Below are positions 49,903 through 62,800 of a DNA stretch of 64,000 nt, in pieces. Source of the stretch: Podarcis bocagei (Eukaryota); the NCBI GenBank assembly GCA_964188305.1, contig OZ076889.1. The stretch is one strand, 5' to 3'. The notes under the pieces are model-generated. The model was given only the letters and a program-made list of their open reading frames with translations, was not told the DNA's origin and ran no database searches. Within the stretch, counting starts at the first letter, position 1; each line of letters begins with the position of its first letter. The position numbers and the translations under genes are program-made.

Positions 49903-49908
49903 TTTATT
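49903..49908 (-). terminator. Candidate CC2D1B poly(A) signal (AATAAA on - strand)
   Basis: TTTATT on + strand about 390 nt downstream of the inferred last acceptor at 50294. Confidence 0.45.
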
Positions 49909-50724
49909 CCAGGGCTAGGAAACACAATCTTATTTGCAAGTTTACATGATAAACTTCCACTGCTGCAGCCCATCTTAGTATATTTTGTCAGCCATTAAAA
50001 CCAAACCTTTTTGCCCTCGCCTGCAAACATGCCCTTTGCATAAGACAGCAGCCCAATGGGTAACAGTCACATAGTACTAACATTGCTACTTTCAGCAAGG
50101 TTTAAGGTAGGTCTATCTTTGTGGATCAGCACCTTCTTTCCCAGTAGTAGACTTACAAAGCTTACCAACTCATACTATATGATAGTTATGAAAATAAAGA
50201 TGTTATGTTCAGTAGTGCATTCGTTGAACATCTTTGGTGCTTGCAGAAGCTCTATGTATAAAGTCCATTCTGCAGCTTTTAGCATTTCTGTATCTGCGGG
50301 TGACAAGAAAATAAATATGAATGTGGCTTTAGAGGAATAATGGAAGGATTAATGAAAGATGATCAAACATCCATGACAAAAGTACAGAGTCTTCCTAGTG
50401 TGCTCTCAAACATTAACTGAAGGCAAGTCCATTAAAACCACTCAAGTATAAAGTTTTAGAAATTTATAAGGGACCGCAACCCTTCTTTAAGGATTCCTTC
50501 CTGTGGCTACATTGTCCTTTTGTTGGACGGTGACTCATTTTTATAGCAGGAATTAATTTTAAAGGTGAATCGTTTACTATCTTGCATATTTTTAAAAAGA
50601 AATCTGCTTCATGCATGTATCTATAGAATACATTCACTTGTGGTAATCAGAGCAAAATCTTGAGATTGCTCATGCCAATTGTCATCCTACACAGAAAAGA
50701 CAGATGTACATACCTTAGGTGGAA

Positions 50725-50844
50725 CTAATGTTCAAGGACTAGCCAGTTTTCTGTAATTGTCTGAAGATCCTGCCCACTTAGTGGCTCCCTGAGTCTCACT
50801 TTTACTTCTAGTTTCCCTCCAGTAGGCTTCCTGCCATCCAAAAC
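50725..50844 (-). CDS. CC2D1B: CC2D1B last coding exon (exon extends to donor at 50714)
   Basis: VLDGRKPTGGKLEVKVRLREPLSGQDLQTITENWLVLEH-TAG then AAG|GTATGT 11 nt later. Confidence 0.92.
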   Translation of the reverse strand, partial: VLDGRKPTGGKLEVKVRLREPLSGQDLQTITENWLVLEH

Positions 50845-53800
50845 CTAGACATAGAAGCAACATGACAAGTTAATCACAAGAGACATAACCTAGAGAACTG
50901 CAATTGGCTTTGAACATTCAATAGGGTTTTGGACATCACTTGTGGCAGCTGTATGTATGGCAGGTGGGATCCAAAACAAAAAGTTCAGTGTGGATTGCTC
51001 AGTCATATCGTCTAAGATACTCTATTACATTCCCCTTCTCTCACTCCATGGAAAAAAACCGTGTTAGTCAGCATTTCCTGGCTGGTGAGCACATTTGGTC
51101 CTCTCATTGGGGTTTTTTTTTGGGGGGGGAGGTTGCAAAGGGGATTGTCTCGTGCCCGTAGGTTTTTTCCACTACAATACCCCCCCCCCCGCTACTTCTG
51201 CCAACCTTGGTGTTTCCCTGTAGCTGCTAGTACTGCTCCTTTTGTGGAGGGGGTGGGGGTGGCCAGACCACCAGCAGTGCTTATGTTGGAGCATCAAACA
51301 GGGAATGATACTGCAAAGTTTACATGGCCAAACAGTAGCATCATTGATTCTATTCAGATCCTGATTTGTCACAGGAAGCCAACCAACTACCCCGCCCCCC
51401 ATTGATAGAAGTGGTTTAAATCTGTTGGGATAGCATCCCTTCTGGAGAGGATAAAATTGCCAAATGGTAGGCAAATAGGCAACACTTTAAAGTGGTTTAA
51501 AAAAATATGAAATGTAACTTTTCAGAATTGGATGAAATTTGCAAGAAGGTTTACCCTTTCTGAGGGCAGGAATTCCACCAAATTTCAGAAGCTGCAGCTG
51601 TTTCCCCAAAAGGCTAATAGGTAGAGCTTAGAGTGGATTAAAAAATCACTTAATATCCCTTGGGGGTTTTTGTGGGTAATTGGACTGAAAATTGCTGACA
51701 CAAAAGAGGTGCCAATGTATTAGGAAACTTGCCATATTATGACAAATAGAGCTAGGGGCTTTTCTGCTAAGCACCTTTTGGGGTGGGAAGAACTAAAAGT
51801 AGGGGGACCTTCCAGGTAAAATATTTCCCTCTGATTCAAAGCTTGACATGTCAGCCACAATATAGCTCTCCTTTTCCCTGTTGCACAATCAAGTTTAGAG
51901 ACATGACTTTTGCTTTCAGCAGCATTTTCTAAAAATAACTGGCTGAGGTGTCACAAAGGCCTTTGGGGGTTCCTGCTTTGCCTAGGGAAAAAAATCCCCC
52001 CAAGGCATCCCGTATCACATGAGAAATTGGAATTAAGCTGAATATAATGTGTATCTCTAATATCTGAACATAGGTACCACTTTTTTCAAAGTGGCACAGC
52101 ACCAGTTGCAATGCATAAAAGCTAATTCTAGAGGTGTTTACATACACACAAGGGAGAGAGACTGTAACTGGATCTCTCTGCCACAGTCCAGTAGAAGCAA
52201 ACTTGGCTCTCCAAGCTTCCCTACTCCTTTGCTGCCAGAATTCCTTGTGGTCATCACTCTCTTCCCTTCCTTACGATTTTTGGGGAGCTATGTTGGTCAG
52301 CACACTATTTTTGTGCTACCCCCCAACAACATCCTTGGAAAATTCTAGTTGTGCCCTAAGGAAGACCTCCATCCCCATAGGCAACCCTAGTTTCCAAGCA
52401 CTTTTATATCAGCATATGGCAGGTACAGCACCATCCTCATGAGAATGGATGAAAGCTGTGCAAGTAATGAAACTCCTATGAATGAGGAAAGCCAGTGCAG
52501 CATATCCTGTTTTACAAACACACTTTTAGCAGGACTACTGTGCAAAGAAGAAGAAAAAGGTAGTCCTTACCACAGCTTTCTGAGAACAAAAAAAGGTACG
52601 GTACCTCAATAATTTCTCTGATTTCACATTCAAATTCCAGTTTGTCCAGTTTCAAGTGTGCTGTCCCCACTTGCTTGTCACTTCTGAAAAAGGACCTGGG
52701 GAAGGGGAGGCATGTCAGTGCAAGATTCAGTTTCTTCTCCTAACTTCCACGATGGGAATCGGCAAAAGAACCCCAAAGACACCCAGGATCTCAAATTGCA
52801 ACACAGATCCTTCCCAACTCATACCTCCAAGGTTAAAAGCTGGTTATAATACCATTGTTCAGTAGTGCTACCAACAAAAGCCGTAGACAGGGGTCCAAAA
52901 TATTTTGCACTGTATGAACTAGAGAGTAGACTGATGTTAAAATGAACAAAAATCGCTAGTATTACGTTCAGTGATCAGATGTGTTTTAGGCTAAGGAAGC
53001 AACTGAATGGAATGACCTATTTATTCCCAAATACACCTAAAGATCATGGCTTGGTTCACACACACACACAAAAAAAAGTGCAGAACAGTGCAGAAGGGGA
53101 GGGGATTCCCAGGTGCACAGGGAAAAGGCCCGATGCATTTTGAGGAAGGTCTTCAGCAGCACTGAGAGGCAAAATTGTAAACACAGCAGCAGCAGCAGCG
53201 TGCTTCCTGCAGGCTCCCTCACTTTCAAGTGAGTACAGATTTGGAGGCAGAGCTTGCAGAAAAGCAGAGCAGTAGTGCTTCTCAGTGGCTCTGAAGACTT
53301 TCCTCAAAACATGTCAGGCCCAATAAACTATCTCCCTATGAGCCCTGCCCCCACCCCTTCTGTTAGGAGGAGCCACAGCAAGGCTTGAGCTTATCTGCTC
53401 CTATTTGTTTGAGTGCAAGGAAAGATTAGAGGCTTCTGCTTCTAGTTTGCAGCAAATCGGAAGTGCTCTTCAACTGTTAGTCACATGAAAGGGCTAGAGT
53501 GGTGGAAGGGGCTGTGGCAGGGACACGTTTTTAATACTACTGTCAAAAGCCATATGATTCTTTCTGTCCCTGAAGTTCATAGCACAACTTCTGAAGTGGG
53601 GGTCCTGTTCTGCGTGTGGAGGCTTCAGACCTCGGAAATTACACCCCCACGTGGCAAGGGTGGGAGATTCCATGTGACTTCGGAAGGTGGGGTGGAATGT
53701 ATAGCCCTGCTACACCCTTCATGTGAATGGCTCCTGAAGAGCTCACCCTCAAATCACATTCAAAGGTTCTGGTTGCTGCATTTGGACAAAAGGGCAAACT

Positions 53801-56800
53801 AGAAAGAAAAGCTCTCCCTTGCATGTAAAGGAAGGAGCATGCAATCCTGCTAATGGCCTGTCATTTAATCTGAATCAAACCCACTTGCGGGGCTTGCCAT
53901 AGTGTGAACTTAAGAACAGCAAACTCACTTATGGCCCTCCCTCTTACAGCTTAAAAATAGTATTGCCTTCCATACTTTTTGGCCACTAGAAATTTTGGAT
54001 GCATGCTTAAAAGAGACAGAAGGCCACTCCCGCAAAGAGATCATATTAATATTCTTTCCCACTGTTTCTTCTAGCCTAAACAACCATGCACCCTATCCCA
54101 ATGAAGAAGCTTGTACAATCTTAAAACTATACACCCCTGAAACAGGAACTAAGTTGTGTTTATTATAAGCAAATTATTTTGGCCACTAAGGAATCCTTTC
54201 AAACAGTTTCTTTAACGCCAGACAACTTGACACTAAAGGCCACGCTACAAATAAGGGCAGCTATTCTTACTGTTATATGCCGAATTGACTTAAGATATTC
54301 AGTGTGAGATACAGATGCAGCCTTGTAGTACTCAAGCAAAAGGAGAGAGAAAAGCATCAGAAGTTCATCATGGAAGATTTCCACCCTCCCGCACCACAAC
54401 AGTCATGCGGGTGCATGTCCTGTTTCAGCTGTGGCTTAGATCCCATGGGGGCAACAGGCATCAGATGCAGTGAACTGGCTTGTTTGGCAAAGTGGATTCT
54501 GTTTTTTGCTATGGAATCAACACAAAAATGCATTAAGGCCTACAGGATGAAAAGATTGACAGCCCCTGATCCCTGCTGAACTGCCAGCCTTAGTATATAG
54601 GCCTAGTAGTATAGAGCCAAAATTCTCATGAGTTTTCACAGCTTTTGGCTTTAGTAGAGTGTTAACAACACCCAAATACAGCACCTGTCAGTCATCTAAG
54701 AAGATCAAGCAGAAGACCAATATTACGTGACTGTAGTCTGAAAGTTCAAGCATTGCAAATGTCTAAAAGACGTATCTGCTGCAGATGAGCAAATCTACAA
54801 AGATTTCAAAATAGTTCCTTCCCATATTCTCAATTATATCTTCAGCTACCCTGTAGCTAAAAATTCCAAACACACAATGATGCCTACAGATTGTATGCGA
54901 CAAAGAGTTACAATTTTTTTAGCTTCCAAAAGAAATCTGGGAATTGTTTTAAAGCAGAATTAACAAAGTCCTTGAGCTCAAGCAATCAAGCTGTTTCCCA
55001 TTAGGCATGAACCCCATCTCTTACCCTTTGTGGAAGACTTCAAATTTAATTCCTTTAGCCTGAATCGCTCTTCGGAAACCTCTGTGATTTCGGTTAATGT
55101 TCAGCTTGAACAGCTGGTCGTATTCTGGAAATGCACAGACAGATATCAGATACAAACAGCTGATGAGAGGACTCTGAACCAAATAAAAGATCAAGAAAAG
55201 CATGTGGTCAATGCCTCAAAATAAGCAGGTGGGAGATATTTTGCCATGGAAAACCTTTCAATCAAGTAGGCCCCACAGGTGCATATCTGAGAGAGGTACA
55301 GATTGTACTGAATGACACCGTGACTTGGTCCCTACGTTTCCCTTTGCGAGAAGAAGGAGCCAAGACAAAGGACTGCAAGTCCTTAAGTATATTACCCTCC
55401 TCAGCAAGTTTTTTTTAAAAGAACCTGCAAAAAAGTGCTACAGGATTCATGCTAAATAGCTTTGAAATAATAGATCCCAAATAATTCTATGCAGTTGAGG
55501 GACTTGCAGTTGAGTCATTTTCTGTTGGAAAATGAAGAGCAATGTTGGACTTCTAAGGGACAGAATGCAGAGGGATCCATATATTCCAGGTACAAGTCCT
55601 TCTGGAGTCGTATAGCTCAGTAGTAGAGCATGCACAGAGTTCCAGGCCCAGCCCATGGCCACCTCCAGTTGGCCTCGCAAAGGCCTCTGCCTATGACTGT
55701 TGAGAGCTGCTGCCACTATACAGAGCAGTGTTGCGAGTTAGGTTAACACCATCACAGATGCAGAAATCGGTTAATTAAGAAACCCACAAATACAAAATTA
55801 CTACTGCTCTGAAATGAGAGTCTTTGAATTCTGTTCAGGTAGCCGATGCAAACATAAAATGGAACTAACCCTTTTCAGCCTAGCTCTGAAATGAAAATCC
55901 AAGAAAAGACAACGTAACAATGGCGATAATAGTCTAAGCACATGCACCCACCTGGGCAGTTGGTATTCTTTATCACGGATGTTTTACTTTTCTGAGCTTG
56001 CTCCTGTTTTAATAAAAGCAAAACACAGGTTAACAAAACCCTAAAACTAAACACCTGCAGCCACACACCATTAATATTCAGCAGAAATCACAACATCTTT
56101 ATTGGCTTTTCATTTGGAAAGAAAGTCCTGCATAAGTGTAGATAAAGTTTTCTTGGGCACAGCCCATTCAATATGGAACAAAATGCAAATACTGACATTC
56201 AATACGAAATACGGTATACAAGAGATAGAAACAAATGGTGCATGGGGATGTTAAAAAGATAGATTAGATCCAATGCTATCATTGCAACCACCATTCAGCT
56301 GTTTTGCTTTGCTGCAGAGCAAGAGCCTGTTGCAGGTAGATTTCTCCAGGACCTTTTCATTTGTCTTCCTTGTCCCCAAGAAGGAAAGGGGTATGGATCT
56401 TCAGAGGCTGCAACAAACGTGCTCCAAAGAGATTGTTTAGCAATTACTATTCTTTTTAACAACCCAATCACACAACAAAACAAATTAACTTCTAGCCCAA
56501 AGCACAGCAGAAGTCTCTAGGGAGTGAACAAGGACAAGGTGACCCAATTACTGCCAGCACTTCAAGATGATATCCTAGCAATCAAGCAATATAGCCCTTT
56601 CTCTATTTCAGAGGCAGCTCTTCCCCAGCTGCCTCTCAAGCATCACATATACAACCCCAATAGAAATGCCATTCTCTTTTCTACTGTGACAAGGCCACCA
56701 GAGATGCCACCAGTGACCCTGCCTTCCTAACTATTCTCAGAAAAGCCTGTGGGGTTCTCAGTCCTTGCCTTGTGAAGACCAAGCTCTCCCCCCCCCCCAT

Positions 56801-59800
56801 GGGCTGGTTGTTCTAAAGCAGGGATATGCAAGTCAAGCCACTCCAAAGGACCACCTTTTGTTAATTCAAGAGAGCTGAAGGGTGGTGTAATGGTTAGAGT
56901 GTTGAACTATGACCTGGGAGACCAGGGTTAGAATCCCCACTCAGCCACGAAGCTCACTGAATGACCTTGGGCCAGTCACCACCTCCCAACCTAACCTACT
57001 TCACTGGGTTGTTGTGAAGATAAAACGGGGATGAGAACGATGTGCACCATCTTGAGCTCCTTGGGAGAACAGGTGGTATATAAATGTAATAAGTAATAAG
57101 CTCATTTCTGTGTACCTCCCCACCCCCAGTGATTTCTTTTCAGCCTTGTTAACCCCCTTTAGCACATGCTTTCCCCTCCTGATCTCTCTGTCCCCTTTCC
57201 CCCCTCTCTGTTTCTCATAACACCCATGATCATCTTCTTGCAGCACCATAGGTCTTGCTCTTTTGTCTCAGTTATCCCACTCACTTCACAAGTTGATAGG
57301 GCTTCTCTGCACTTTTATTTTATGCTCTGCTTCTACCCCTGTCCTGATATTTACACTGCTGCTCGCTTAACGCAGCAGCAATGCACAAGTCATCCATTCT
57401 CCCAATCTTTGCATATATTACATGGCGGCAAACTGAGGGTTTGCATCTGAATATACTTGGATAGGGAACTGTCACCCTAGGGTCTAGAAATTAAGGAGGG
57501 AGCAAAAGCCTTGATGTATACTCACTGTATTCGGGTAATGGAATTCAAATTTCACAAATGCGTCCAAATCATTGGGTGCCACACCTGTGCAAAGAGAGGA
57601 ATTTAGCTGAGCAAACAGCTGTAGAAACAAAAAGAAAAATGGGCCAAATCTTATGAACACAAGACTGCCAATTATCTCACAGGAAAGAAGAGGCCTCTAC
57701 TCAGAGATGTGTGTTCCCGATTGTGACCCAATTTCCTTGATAAAAACAAAATGATCCTAACTACTGATTAACAGAGGTCAAGTTCTCAGTTCTGTCAGCT
57801 GCAGGGAAGATTGCAGAGCAGGAAGGAATCTTAAAAAATCATGTCAATGGTAGACTACCTGGTGGAGCTGGTAGATTTATTCCTCGGACAATGATAAGAT
57901 GCATTTCTGTGCTACTGAGTTCAGAAAATATTCTACAAAGCAAACAAAAAGAAACAGCGGTTTACTCCAGCAATCCAGACGTACTTCACATTACAATACC
58001 AAACTTAGTGAACATGTAGAAATAGGAATCATGAAGAAATACACAGCATGCTTGCTTTCTGACAACTAATTGCGGGGTGAAAACATGGTTAGTTTATGAA
58101 CCCCAAAGCCTTGCTTAACCGTGGTTTGTTTGGTCACTGCAGCCCAGGCACTCTCCCAGCTGCAGAGGCACAAGGCAAGAGTAGCTGGAAAACCAACCAA
58201 CAAGCCTTGCCTGTTTGCCTACTGAACAAGCTGCAACTTAGTATTACATATGCAAACACAGGCAACATCAAGATGTGAACAAAGTTGAAGCCCTTTGACT
58301 CAAGGGGCTGGGGGAGAGTGGTCCCATTTTCGTGGCAGCCCCACATTTATTGAAATGCTTAGTTTCCATTATAAAACATTGGTCACTTTTTTGGGAACAG
58401 AAATTCACAGTATTCCAGGTTGCTCTTGTAAGGTTCAGAAAAGTTTTGTAAAGCTCATCTATCTACAGAGATAAGACATTTGAAACCTTCTCATCTTTTG
58501 GACATCCATACCTTACAATTTTAAAGGTTCTCTCTTCAAAGTGGTGGCTTGGGGGATCCAGCCCCTGGGCCTGTGCAAGCTGTAAGATGTCCAGATCTTT
58601 TTTACAAATCTGAGCCAGCTTCTCAAACCTGAAACGCAACACAGAAATACACAACATAAAGTAAAAGTGAGAAAGATCAGGAAGCATATTGACAGAGCCT
58701 GCTCTGGTTTCAATCATGTTATCAGTGGGTGGCTGCTAAACTCATGGAGGCTGCTCCTACTCAAATGAGAGAATGGCTGGGCTCCACTTAAGGCAGAAAT
58801 AGCTCCTTGCCAGAGATCAATGGGAAAGCTGCCTGGAAACTGATCAAGCCGGTGGAGCGTATCTTTCATCACTGATGGGATTTGGGAGCTACCTTCATCA
58901 AGCAAGCACAGGGAGCAGAACACTGGTTGCTCACCATGAAATTTCCTTCTTGTTTGACATATGGAGACACCCACCATGTAGGCTGCAATTCTCCAGCTCA
59001 CCCAACGTAGGGACATGCCATTGAGCTTCCCCTCAAGTGAAAAAGTCATTACACTTTACATAGTTAAGAAGGGAGGAGCAACTTTTTCCCCAGCCACAAA
59101 ATGACTAGACCCAAGGCATAAAAGCAAAATTCATTCTGCCAAGTGCAATTTGTACTGCACCCAACTGAGATGTGCCTTCAATACTAAACTTATAATAAAC
59201 CTACCGGGAAGTTTCAGATACATTTCCCAGATGTGTGAACTGCTTCGAATACTGCAAACATTTCTATTAACAGAAAAAAGGAGGGGGAAGTCAGACCACA
59301 AGCTACCTTCAAAAACTGATCTGAGAGAGAGGCTGGCCACGTTCAGACAATCAAATCTCTTTAATAAGCTGAAATAAACATATGCAGTTGTTGCCTTCTG
59401 GGCAACCCAACCCAGCTCCAATGAAGCATTCCACAAGTGAGTATACAGTCATCTGCATAAAATCTGCTGCTGGGTTATAGTATTAGTACCATAACTCACG
59501 GATGTTAACACTGCCACTAGAAGTTCTCTCTTATTTCCTCTTAAAAACACACATACAAGTGACCTATAAAGGCAGCAGCAACTTTTTCTGAGCACCTTCA
59601 TTTTCAAATCACTTTTGAAAGGCGAGAGAGGGTCACTGACGCTTGTGCATAGATCACAAAAGAACAACAGTTTAGAGTTGTCTGCAAAATAGGCCAGTTT
59701 AAAGATAGAGAACCTTCTACTTCCACTACAGGACCCTTAGCTATGTATAATGCTATAGGAGAGGAAGGAGGCACACACCTCATGCTGGTCTCTCAATAGC

Positions 59801-62800
59801 TTGATCAGCTGAACGTACACCTCTTCTGCTTTCTGAGAGAGTCTGACATCTTCATGATGTATGATAATAAAGTCACCTTCATCATCTGTAGGTGGTGATG
59901 GCAGCTACACAGCAACACACAATACATGTCAGAGCTTCTCTGGTAAAATTGTGACAGAGAAAGGTGAGCATAGGGAGCATAGGGATAAAAAAGGGGGTGG
60001 GGGGAGGATATCAGGAAAGGGTAGCAGGATACTTTCAAGGTTCCTGCCATACTCAGCTAACATGCTGTTAATGCACTCTTCCCCACCCAATCTAGTGTCC
60101 TCAACATGCTACAGACTACAACTCTCATCACTGCATGGTTGCTGGCTGAGGCTGATGGGAGTTGTAGTCCAAACCACATTGGAAAGGCTGTGCCAATACA
60201 TCAGTTTTCTGAGACCTGCAGGTAACGACTAGGAATGATACATCCAACTGTCTTGAATTTCCAACAGCACTCACTGAAAGCATTTATCAATATGAGAATG
60301 GAGAAAGCCAACTAGTGACTGCAAGTTTACCACATTCCTCAAGTAAGGTTTTAAAAAATCTTGAAATGCCCTACCCTTCTGATCATTACCACAGCAGTGA
60401 TTCAAGATACCAAACAAGAAAATAGAAGACCAAAGGATTCCAGGGCAAATATAAATAGTTGACTACAGCTCATGCATATGAAAAAAATTGACCCACTACA
60501 TCAGGGGTTGTCAACCTGGTCCCTACCGCCCACTAGTGGGCGTTTCAGGATTCTAGGTGGGCGGTAGGGGGTTCTATGGCACAAGCTGAATCCTCCTTCC
60601 ATTGAGCACTGGTGGGCGGTAAGGAAAGTTTACCATCAGGCAAGATGCATTAGTGGGCAGTAGGTATAAAAAGGTTGACTACCCTTGCACTACATTCATA
60701 TATGTTAAGGGACAATCATAAACCCAGTCAGTTCTGTTCATCTTCCAAACTGGAGGAACCCCAAGTAACTTAAGGCAATATGTAAAAAAAAGTCTCATTT
60801 TTGTAACCTGCACGCATGTATTTTTATATGAGTGAAAATTGCAAAAATGTAAGGCCATCTAGGCAACAGAATTAGGTGCCTCCCTCCCCTTATTCCCTAC
60901 TCTGAAGTGGCTAGAAAGTACAAAATAATAACTCAGAAGAGGCAATTTTGATGGCTGAGAATAAAACATACAAGCAAGCTCCCATTTACATGCAGGTTAC
61001 GTTGCAAGCTACCACATGTTTAAGTGAAATTTTATATAATGAATATACATATGTACAAATACATATACATATACGTGTGTGTGTGTGAGAGAGAGACACT
61101 AGGTGCAACTGAACAAATTCAGAATTTCAAAAAAAGTAAAAGGCTCCTACAATTCAAGGAGAGGAGGCAGGGTTACAGCCAGGATGAGAGTGCAGGCCTA
61201 TGGTTGGGACCAACTGCAGACAAGCTTGCCTCTCTCTTAAAAGAATTGCAAGGTTTTCTGAAATAAAATCCACAAGAGCTGTGTTCAAAGGCAACAAAGG
61301 ACATCAGACGACAGATAGTGGTGTGAAGAGTGCTTCCTTCAAAGCAGACCTGATACACTCTTAGGAATCTTTCTACTAACCTTGGAAATGTCGACCAGTT
61401 TGCCACTTTTTGCCCGCTCGATCTTTGGCTCCAAGCTCTTGGCTGTTCTTAGGAACGCCTTGGCTTGCTCCAGATCATTTCTCTTCTTTGCCTGGACTGC
61501 AGCCTTTAAGTACTGTTTCCTTCTACTCTCCAGGAATTCAAGGTGCTCTAAAGCTACAAAGAAGCAAAACAACTGGGGTGTTGTCATTGTTGTTGTGGTG
61601 TTTTTTTTTAAATAAAAAAACACTTTTCAGATTTGGAGATATTGCAGGCTCAGTTCCAGACCACTGCAATAAAGTGAATATTGCAATAAACCGAGTTACG
61701 TAAACATTTTCATTCCCCACTGCATATAAAAATTATGCTTGCACTATATATAGTCTATTAAACCAGGCTCCCCCACTGGCTGCAGGGGCGGGAGGGGAAA
61801 AACCCACCTCCAGCCCTAGCCAGCTCCACTCCTATGGCCAGAAGGGGGAGGTGGGGACAGCGGCAGGGCTTCCTTTCCCTGGAAGCAGACAGGCTGCTTG
61901 CAGCTGCACCTGCGTCCTCGCAATGAGCAATATGTGAGAAGCGCAATAAACAAAGCGTGCCTGTGCTATTGGAGGAAATTATTTATTTATAAATTTATAA
62001 ACCGCTTGACTGTTAAAAAACACACACACCCTCAAAGCAGTTTACAACGAGGATAAACAATAAAATTACCGGTAAAAACAACTAATTTAAACATTAGAGG
62101 AATAAATTCAGCAGTAAACCCAAAAGATATTAAAACATACATCTACCTTCTACACATTTGGGTCAGCTCATCTAAACAAAAATGTTTTTAGCAGGCGTCA
62201 TAAAAGCTACAGCGAAGCTGCCTGCCTGATGTCAAAGGCAGGGAGTTCCAATGTGTTGGTGCTAAGACCCTATCAGATTCATTTCTCACAAATGTGAAAT
62301 GGGCAACCGTTGTTGCTTGTAACAGTGCCAGTCCTGCAGACTGAAGTCGAGTGGGCAATATAGGGGGGTAAAGCGATCTTGCAGGTAAACTGGTCCCAAG
62401 TTATTAAGGGCTTGATATACTAATAGTAACACCTATAGAAAGCTATTTCCTGCTTAGCTGTATTCCCACTCGGCACGCAAGGCTGTAGGAAAGAAACAGA
62501 AGGTTTTCTCATCCCAGGGACACACAGAATAGGCAGTAATGGCGCAGAAAGAAATGTGTGGCAGTGGCTTCTATTTATTTCCACCCTCACACCGTAGCGT
62601 CTCCTGTGCGCAATCTGCCCAGTCATCCACAGCCACATCCATGAGATAAAGCCTTGCTTGCCAGGCTTTGACTCAGACGGAATACTTGAACTGTGTGTGG
62701 GAGCTCAACATTTGCAAGGAGTGGGGGAGGACATGAAAAAAGAGGGGCAGAAAGGAGACTTCTCAGGGAGGCAAGAACTTTCACTAAGCCTGTCAGGTAT

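Noticed and set aside
58714-59049. 111-aa ORF or possible snoRNA in a CC2D1B intron
   Set aside because: No convincing paired C/D or H/ACA boxes with terminal stem and no protein similarity that I can recognise
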